From an uncultured Chloroflexia bacterium (GTDB lineage Bacteria; Chloroflexota; Chloroflexia; QHBQ01; JADMIH01): a stretch of 64,000 nucleotides of DNA. A program made the position numbers and the translations under genes. Below, piece after piece: positions 57,519 through 64,000 of the stretch. The stretch spans positions 224,001 through 288,000 of the forward strand of contig CAWCNY010000002.1 of assembly GCA_963797095.1 (NCBI GenBank), written 5' to 3'. Every line of letters begins with the position of its first letter. Position 1 is the first letter of the stretch. Under the pieces are notes generated by a model, which searched no databases, was not told the DNA's origin, and saw only the letters and a program-made list of their open reading frames with translations.

Positions 57519-58377
57519 CGCCGGAGAGGTCAGCCTCGACGTCGCCTGCCGGCAGACCAACCTCCCAGACATGGCTAGGTTTATCCCTGGCAAGCACCGC
57601 GATATTGAGATGAGTACACTCTTCGCGGTCCAGAGGCTCGATGACCGTGTCGAAGGCGAGGGCGGGGGTATTATTAGCGGCGGAGAGGTGGGCGAGCCAC
57701 ACGGTGCGCGGCTTGCCGTCTTGAGCCAGCCCAGCGACCAGGCGAGCAGTATCGGCGTTGGCAAGGTGGCCGTGCGGGCCAGCCACCCGCTTCTTGAGGG
57801 AATATGGATAGTGGCCTCGCCATAGCTTCTGCATGTCGTGGTTGGCTTCCAGCACCAGCAGATCGGATGCCTTTAGCGCCTCGTGTATCGAGTCGGTTTC
57901 GCAACCGAGATCGGTGCAGATGGCGATGTGACGACCTGCGGCCTCGATCCAGAACCCCGTTGGCTCGGTGGCATCGTGCGAGACCGTGAAGGTGCGCACT
58001 ACCACATCGGGCACATCGGGCGCGCCATCGCGTGCCCCGACACGCACTTCGCTGCCGGGCGCTTGCACGATCTTCTCCGGTATGGAGCCGAACTGCCAGA
58101 TCCCGGCGGAGAAGGTGCCCTGGGTCGCCACGATGGGGAGCTTGTATCGCCGGGCAAGCGTGCCCGCCCCGCGCAGGTGGTCGGTATGCTCGTGGCTGAC
58201 GAAGATGGCGGCCAGCCGGACGGGCGATATGCCGCGCTGCCGCATGTAATACTCAAGCACCCCGGCGTTCAACCCGGCGTCGAAAAGTATCTCAACTCCC
58301 TCCGCTTCCAACAAAAAGGCGTTGCCGGAGCTGCCGCTGGCAAGCGCACTAACCCGCACCCATGGCCGCGTTTCCAT
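57505..58377 (-). CDS. MBL-fold metallo-hydrolase (YycJ/WalJ-like)
   Basis: LASGSSGN, SHEHTDH, HDA, TDLG, EANHD, GHL, LAHLS..NN. Confidence 0.9.
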   Translation of the reverse strand: METRPWVRVSALASGSSGNAFLLEAEGVEILFDAGLNAGVLEYYMRQRGISPVRLAAIFVSHEHTDHLRGAGTLARRYKLPIVATQGTFSAGIWQFGSIPEKIVQAPGSEVRVGARDGAPDVPDVVVRTFTVSHDATEPTGFWIEAAGRHIAICTDLGCETDSIHEALKASDLLVLEANHDMQKLWRGHYPYSLKKRVAGPHGHLANADTARLVAGLAQDGKPRTVWLAHLSAANNTPALAFDTVIEPLDREECTHLNIAVLARDKPSHVWEVGLPAGDVEADLSGVRAL

Positions 58378-58383
58378 GAACTA

Positions 58384-58412
58384 ACGATAGTACAAATGTT
58401 CCTCTTTGTCAA
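58384..58412 (-). promoter_or_regulatory. Near-leaderless promoter with SOS-like box
   Basis: Minus strand TTGACA-N17-TATCGT ending 6 nt before the ATG; GAAC-ATTT-GTAC in the spacer. Confidence 0.55.
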
Positions 58413-58632
58413 CTCGACCCCAACCACGAGTCATCCCGAACTCTAGATGAATGTTCGTGAACATGTAACCTGTTTCTAAACATGAAGCATTCCAAATTTT
58501 AGATCCAGCTTCGCGGGCGTGCAATCCAACTCTAAAAGAGCCCCTCAACAAGATTTGGGGAGGGCCGTTGGGCGTTCCCAACCCATTCTGCGCAGGAATC
58601 TAACATCCGGGATAACCAGTAAAGCGCCCCCC

Positions 58633-59496
58633 TTACGCGAGGACCTCGCGAAACTGGCGCAGCATATCTATGTGGGCTGTCGCGCCTCGCAGGCCGAGGC
58701 CCATAGTATTGACCGCCGCGTGGGTGGCTCCCAGCTTGCGCCAGCCCTCGACTTGCGCGTGCCACTCGTCGGGCGTCTGGTCGCGCAGGCCGAAGCGGGC
58801 CTCAATGCCCACCGAGCCGGGGTCGCGCCCGGCCTGCACCGTGTACTCTCGCAGCTTATCCAGCGTTTCCCTGGCCCTGTCTGTGGGCTGCATCTGCGGG
58901 AACCACCCATCACCTATCCGCCCTATACGCTCCAGCACCGCCTCCGCCGTGCCCCCTATCCACACCGGGATCGGCCTCTGCACGGGTAGCGGGCTGATCC
59001 CCGCCTCCGGCACTGTGTGCCAGCGCCCTTTGAAGTCCACCGCCTGCTCGGTCCACAGCTTGCGCATAACCTCGATCTGCTCCTCGATGCGCTTGCCCCG
59101 GTTGTGGAAGTTCTCGCCAAGCGCCTCGTACTCCACCTCGTTCCAGCCTATGCCAACCCCCAGGCGCAGACGCCCGCCGCTCAATACGTCGATCTCGGCG
59201 GCTTGCTTGGCGACAAGGGCGGTCTGCCGCTGGGGCAGGATCAGCACTCCCGTCACAAGCTCTACTTTCTGAGTGATAGCTGCCAGGTAGCCGAACAGCA
59301 CCAGCACCTCATGAAACATGCTCTCGCTGTTGTACGGCCCCCTCCAATCGGGCCGGTGCTTCGTGTCCGCGCCCAGTACGTGGTCGTAGGCCAGGATATG
59401 CGTAAAGCCCATCTCCTCGACGGCCTGCGCGTAGTCGCGCACCCCCGCAGGGTCGGCTCCTATTTCGGTTTGTGGAAAGACTGCACCTATTTTCAC
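58633..59496 (-). CDS. LLM-class, probably F420-dependent, oxidoreductase
   Basis: DHV, T.VLILPQRQTALVAKQAA..D.LSGGRLRLGVGIGWN..EY; GTG start with AGGAG RBS. Confidence 0.9.
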   Translation of the reverse strand: MKIGAVFPQTEIGADPAGVRDYAQAVEEMGFTHILAYDHVLGADTKHRPDWRGPYNSESMFHEVLVLFGYLAAITQKVELVTGVLILPQRQTALVAKQAAEIDVLSGGRLRLGVGIGWNEVEYEALGENFHNRGKRIEEQIEVMRKLWTEQAVDFKGRWHTVPEAGISPLPVQRPIPVWIGGTAEAVLERIGRIGDGWFPQMQPTDRARETLDKLREYTVQAGRDPGSVGIEARFGLRDQTPDEWHAQVEGWRKLGATHAAVNTMGLGLRGATAHIDMLRQFREVLA

Positions 59497-59560
59497 TGTT
59501 GTACTCCTGTGTTGCTTCTTCTTATGTGCTTTTGTTTTCGTGTTTCGATTTATCTTTCTG

Positions 59561-61045
59561 TTACACAGCTTGAGATCCCCCAACCAGCACCAGACCTTCG
59601 CGAGCCGGGATAGCTACATTGGATAGTTTGCTTTCGTTTGTTGTGTATTCACCTCCTATTTCGCTCGTTGTCCAGGCCGCGCCCAAGCTGATGCCGTTCG
59701 CGACGCTCACCGGCAGGGGCAGGTCCACGCTCACAGGCTCTTTGTTGGTGTTGAATGCAGCTATCATGGTCTGCCCACCCAGCACTCGCAAGAAAGCGTA
59801 CACACCATCCTGCCCGTAGAGCGACGTAAAGCTGCCCGTTCGCAGGGCGGGGTACTGGTGCCGCAGGTCGATGGCGCGCCGGAAGTAGCCCAGCAGGTCG
59901 GTGTCCCACTCGCCCTCGTTGTCCCAGGGGAAGGCACCTCTGCACCCAGGATCGGGGCCGCCGCTCATGCCGATCTCGCTGCCGTAATAAACGTTGGGCG
60001 CGCCGGGCATGGTCATTTGCAATAGCGTGCAGAGCTTCAGCGCACTTATGTCTCCGCCCATGTGCCAGAGGGCGCGGGGAGTGTCGTGGCTGTCGATCAT
60101 GTTCAACTGGGCCAGGTTGATCTGCCAGTCGTACATGGCGAGCAGCCTGTCGATGCCTTCGCGTACCTGCTCGGCGGTGAGGGGCAGGTGGGGCGCGTCA
60201 TCCAATATGACTCTGGTGTTGATCGTTTCCGCGCCGCAGAACCCCATCGCCAGCCGCGCGAATATATAATTCATCACGCCGTCGAATTGGTCGCCTTGCA
60301 GCCAGCGCTGGGCGGGCCTCCACACTTCGCCCACTATGTAGGCGTCGGAGCGGGTGCCCTTGACCACGCGCCTGAACTCCTGCCAGAAGCTGTCGTCGTC
60401 TATCTCGAAAGGCACATCGAGCCGCCAGCCGTCTATGCCGAACTCCAGCCAGTATTTCGCCACCGACATAATGAAGTCGCGCACGCCGGGGTTGTTGGTG
60501 TTGAACTTGGGGAGAGCGGGCAGATCGATCCACGCCTCGTAGTTCAGCGGGTGCTCGGCGGTTTCGCGGTAAGGGCGCAAGGGCCAACCGTGGATGATAA
60601 ACCAATCTATGTAGGGCGAGTTGCCCCCGTTCTCAAGGATGTGGTGGAACTGCCAGAAGCCCCGGCTGGCGTGGTTGAACACCCCATCGAGCACCACCCT
60701 GATGTCGAGGGCATGCGCTTTGTCAAGCAGGTCGCGCAGGGCGTCGTTGCCGCCCAGCAGGGGGTCCACCTGGAAGTAGTCGAAGGTGTGGTAGCGGTGG
60801 TTGGAGGCCGAGGCGAAGATCGGGTTGAGGTAGATGGCGGTGATGCCCAGGTCTTTCAGGTAGTCGAGGTGATCGGCCACGCCGTACAGGTCGCCGCCCT
60901 GGTAGCCCTGCTCCTCGGGAGGGCTGCCCCATGCCTTGAACTGGATGCCACGTGGGTGTTTGGTGCGCGGGCTGCGAGCGAAGCGATCCGGAAATATCTG
61001 GTAGAATACCGCGTTCTTTACCCAATCGGGAGTCTCGATTGCCAT
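59561..61045 (-). CDS. GH13 alpha-glycosidase (neopullulanase/cyclomaltodextrinase-like)
   Basis: YQIFPDRF, DGVFNH, GWRLDV, GEVW, SHD, YYGSE. Confidence 0.92.
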   Translation of the reverse strand: MAIETPDWVKNAVFYQIFPDRFARSPRTKHPRGIQFKAWGSPPEEQGYQGGDLYGVADHLDYLKDLGITAIYLNPIFASASNHRYHTFDYFQVDPLLGGNDALRDLLDKAHALDIRVVLDGVFNHASRGFWQFHHILENGGNSPYIDWFIIHGWPLRPYRETAEHPLNYEAWIDLPALPKFNTNNPGVRDFIMSVAKYWLEFGIDGWRLDVPFEIDDDSFWQEFRRVVKGTRSDAYIVGEVWRPAQRWLQGDQFDGVMNYIFARLAMGFCGAETINTRVILDDAPHLPLTAEQVREGIDRLLAMYDWQINLAQLNMIDSHDTPRALWHMGGDISALKLCTLLQMTMPGAPNVYYGSEIGMSGGPDPGCRGAFPWDNEGEWDTDLLGYFRRAIDLRHQYPALRTGSFTSLYGQDGVYAFLRVLGGQTMIAAFNTNKEPVSVDLPLPVSVANGISLGAAWTTSEIGGEYTTNESKLSNVAIPAREGLVLVGGSQAV

Positions 61046-61249
61046 GCCGGGGATTCCTCCACCTCGATGTTAGTCTGTCCAGTATAGCGGGGAATGTGGG
61101 ATGATGCACATCTGGGGTACTCTCGACTTTTGGATGCGTAAGCTTGGGTTAATGTTGTACACTGGCACAGAAATTGGAGAGAATTCTTAGCTATGATTTT
61201 ATAGTTTAGCCCTTCCGGATTTGTTCTCTTCTGATTTGGAGGTAATTCA

Positions 61250-62890
61250 ATGCCAACACCCACAACCACACCCGATCCCACCCAACTGCCCGCCTGGCAG
61301 GCTCTTGCATCGCACTACGACGCTATCAAAGATGTGACACTAAGATACCTGTTCTCCGAGGACCCGCACCGCGGCGAGCACCTGACTGCTGAGGCTGCGG
61401 GTCTCTACCTCGATTACTCCAAGCACCGCGTCACCGATGAGACTTTGCGCCTGCTGTTGCAACTGGCCGAAGAGTCGGGTCTACAGGAGCAGATCGCGGC
61501 CATGTTCCGGGGCGACAAGGTCAACACCACCGAGGACCGCGCCGTGCTGCACACCGCCTTGCGCGCACCCCGCGACGCCACTACCATGGTGGACGGTGAG
61601 AACGTAGTGCCCGAAGTGCATGCCGTGCTCGACCGCATGGATGCCTTCGCCAACTCGGTGCGCGACGGTAGTTGGAAAGGCCACACAGACAAGCCCATTC
61701 GCAACGTGATTAACATCGGCATAGGAGGGTCGGACCTCGGCCCCGTCATGGCCTACGAGGCCCTTCGCTACTATAGCCGGCGCGATATGACCTTCCGCTT
61801 CGTGTCCAACATCGACCCGACCGACTTCGTGGAGGCCACCCGCGACCTCGACCCTGAAGAGACCCTTTTCATCATCGCCTCCAAGACCTTCACCACCCTG
61901 GAAACCATGACCAATGCGCAGGCCGCCCGCGCCTGGACTCTGGAGAAGCTGCACGACGAAAGCGCGATAGCGCACCATTTCGTGGCGGTCTCCACCAACG
62001 CCGAGGAAGTAACCAAATTCGGCATAGATACCGCCAACATGTTCGAGTTCTGGGACTGGGTGGGTGGCCGCTACTCAATGGACGCGGCTATCGGCCTCTC
62101 GACCGTGATAGCCATCGGGCCGGACAACTGGCGCGATCTCCTCACGGGCTTCCACGCCATGGACGAGCACTTCCGCACAACGGCGCTCGAAAGCAACCTG
62201 CCCGTGCTGATGGGCCTGCTCAGCATCTGGTACAACGACTTCTTCGGCGCGCAGACAGTGGCCGTTCTCCCCTACGACCAGTACCTCAAGCAATTCCCGG
62301 CGTACCTGCAACAACTGACGATGGAGAGCAACGGCAAATCGGTCACTCGCGACGGGCGCCCCGTGACGTACGAGACCGGGCCGATCTACTGGGGCGAGCC
62401 TGGCACCAACGGCCAGCACTCGTTTTACCAGCTGATCCACCAGGGCACCAAGCTGATCCCATGCGACTTCATCGGCTTCTGCCAGCCTCTCAACCCGCTC
62501 GACAGCCAGCACGAGATGTTGATGGCTAACCTGTTCGCCCAATCCGAGGCGCTGGCTTTTGGCAAGTTGGCGGCGGAGGTACGGGCGGAAGGCGTCGCGG
62601 AAGAGTTGGTGTCGGCCCGCACCTTCCCAGGCAACCGCCCATCAAGCACGATCCTGGCCGACCGCCTGACGCCGCAGACCCTGGGCGCGCTAATTGCCCT
62701 CTACGAGCACAGCGTGTTCACTCAAGGCGCTATCTGGCAGATCAACTCGTTCGACCAGTGGGGCGTAGAGCTAGGCAAGGTGCTTGCCAGGCGCATCATC
62801 CCAGAACTGACCGCCCCCGACGACCCCTCCCTGCAGCACGATAGCTCCACCAACGCCCTGATCCGCCGCTACCGCCAGCACAAAGGATAA
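61250..62890 (+). CDS. pgi: Glucose-6-phosphate isomerase
   Basis: [43 protein letters not shown]. Confidence 0.97.
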   Translation: MPTPTTTPDPTQLPAWQALASHYDAIKDVTLRYLFSEDPHRGEHLTAEAAGLYLDYSKHRVTDETLRLLLQLAEESGLQEQIAAMFRGDKVNTTEDRAVLHTALRAPRDATTMVDGENVVPEVHAVLDRMDAFANSVRDGSWKGHTDKPIRNVINIGIGGSDLGPVMAYEALRYYSRRDMTFRFVSNIDPTDFVEATRDLDPEETLFIIASKTFTTLETMTNAQAARAWTLEKLHDESAIAHHFVAVSTNAEEVTKFGIDTANMFEFWDWVGGRYSMDAAIGLSTVIAIGPDNWRDLLTGFHAMDEHFRTTALESNLPVLMGLLSIWYNDFFGAQTVAVLPYDQYLKQFPAYLQQLTMESNGKSVTRDGRPVTYETGPIYWGEPGTNGQHSFYQLIHQGTKLIPCDFIGFCQPLNPLDSQHEMLMANLFAQSEALAFGKLAAEVRAEGVAEELVSARTFPGNRPSSTILADRLTPQTLGALIALYEHSVFTQGAIWQINSFDQWGVELGKVLARRIIPELTAPDDPSLQHDSSTNALIRRYRQHKG

Positions 62891-62988
62891 CCGCAAAGGG
62901 AACAATTCTCCCTCTACGCCCGACAATCTAACGATCGACTGTTCCTTAAGAGAGCCAAAGGTCAGCGCCAGAGCACTAACCAGGGCTT

Positions 62989-63012
62989 TGTCATCCTTCG
63001 CTCAGGATGGCA
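62989..63012. repeat. REP-like hairpin, shorter relative of 15137-15189
   Basis: TGTCATCCT-TCGCTC-AGGATGGCA. Confidence 0.6.
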
Positions 63013-63054
63013 CAGGTATATAGCGTTCGTAACAGGCAACCAGGAACCCCCGCC

Positions 63055-64000
63055 TTACGAAGCAACCTCAGCCTGCGGGGCTTCTGCCCTGTGGCCGCGC
63101 CTTTGCTCAGCCAGGAAGTAGCTGCCTATCACGAAGGTGCCTGCCAGCGCCTGCAACACAATCCCTTCCCACGTGGGGTACAGGCCGAACCACAGCCCCG
63201 CCCAGTAGGGCATCTCGGCCAGCGCCTGGATCGGGTGGGTCGGCAGCCACCCTACGATCTGGAGCACGTGCACAGTATTCCCAACCATGATCAGCAGGAC
63301 CCCCCCGATCATTATCCCCGTAGCCACCAACATCTTCTTATAAGGCAGCTTGGCCTGTAGCGCCAGCACCACCACGCCTATCGCGAGCGTGCCCGCCAGC
63401 CCCACCGAAAGCCCCACCAGCACCGCGCCCACCCCCGCCTCAAGCACCAGCGCCTGCAAAAATAGCACCGACTCGAACCCCTCGCGATAGATGCTTGTGA
63501 AGCCGAGCAGCGCGAATCCGATCACCTGCGCCGCGTCCCCGCTGATCCCCGCGCCCATGAGCCGCTTCTTCCTACTGTGGAAGTTGGCGATCCAGCCCGT
63601 CCAGTAGGCGTTGTGGAAGAACCAGTTGGTGATCAGCAGCAGCACCCCGATAGCGATCAGCGACACTACAGCTTCCAGGGTCACGCCCAGGAAGGCGAAC
63701 GCGCCCAATATCCCCTGCGCCAGCACCCACGTGATCGCCGATGCCCCGAAGGCCCCAGCCGCGCCCCACGAAAGCGGTCCCCTGAATCGCCTGTTAGGAC
63801 CGTTCTTCAGGCTGCCAAGCAGCGATGCCAGGATCAGCACTGCCTCCAACCCCTCCCGAAAGACGATGATGCCCGCGTTGGTCGCCACCGCCGCCGCCGC
63901 GCTGCTCCCCTGGAGTGCCTCCTCCGCCTCATCGAGCTTCTGCCGTAGCTCGGTGCGCGTGGCCTGCACCTCCGATAGCGGCGCATGCGTCTGGATCAAA
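63055..64000 (-). CDS. FTR1/EfeU-family iron permease (5' truncated by window)
   Basis: Two RExxE motifs (FREGLEA, YREGFES); about 7 TM helices. Confidence 0.92.
   Translation of the reverse strand, partial: LIQTHAPLSEVQATRTELRQKLDEAEEALQGSSAAAAVATNAGIIVFREGLEAVLILASLLGSLKNGPNRRFRGPLSWGAAGAFGASAITWVLAQGILGAFAFLGVTLEAVVSLIAIGVLLLITNWFFHNAYWTGWIANFHSRKKRLMGAGISGDAAQVIGFALLGFTSIYREGFESVLFLQALVLEAGVGAVLVGLSVGLAGTLAIGVVVLALQAKLPYKKMLVATGIMIGGVLLIMVGNTVHVLQIVGWLPTHPIQALAEMPYWAGLWFGLYPTWEGIVLQALAGTFVIGSYFLAEQRRGHRAEAPQAEVAS

Overview
GC-rich bacterial chromosomal window. The gene content suggests Chloroflexota (inference from FFPETGH-type secreted repeats, Cys-stapled SLH domains, a vWA-FHA pair and GAAC-N4-GTTC LexA boxes). 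Most of it is housekeeping or metabolic: selD with an in-frame Sec UGA, a cysteine desulfurase-like enzyme, GH32, HtrA, a LysM L,D-transpeptidase, tdh, corA, lexA, pgi and GH13. The most unusual region is 29.6-41.6 kb, which holds a duplicated two-gene module. Each copy encodes a Tat-signal protein with 12 invariant Cys and 2 invariant Trp, followed by a Kelch-propeller/Thr-linker/SLH surface protein; a third Kelch-SLH paralog lies at the window start. Both module promoters carry the same ~220-bp TIR element at the same position just upstream of the -35 box, in opposite orientations and with different target duplications. Two IS701-like elements sit between the modules. Other points of note: a STAND regulator shares a V-x-x-I-x-T-T-E-like motif with its divergent small neighbour, a lexA-led cluster includes a second S24 protein and a truncated FtsK-like ATPase, heptamer repeats are widespread, and several small ORFs are missed by the ORF track. 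No tRNA, rRNA or CRISPR array was seen. All calls come from reading the sequence; no database searches were run.
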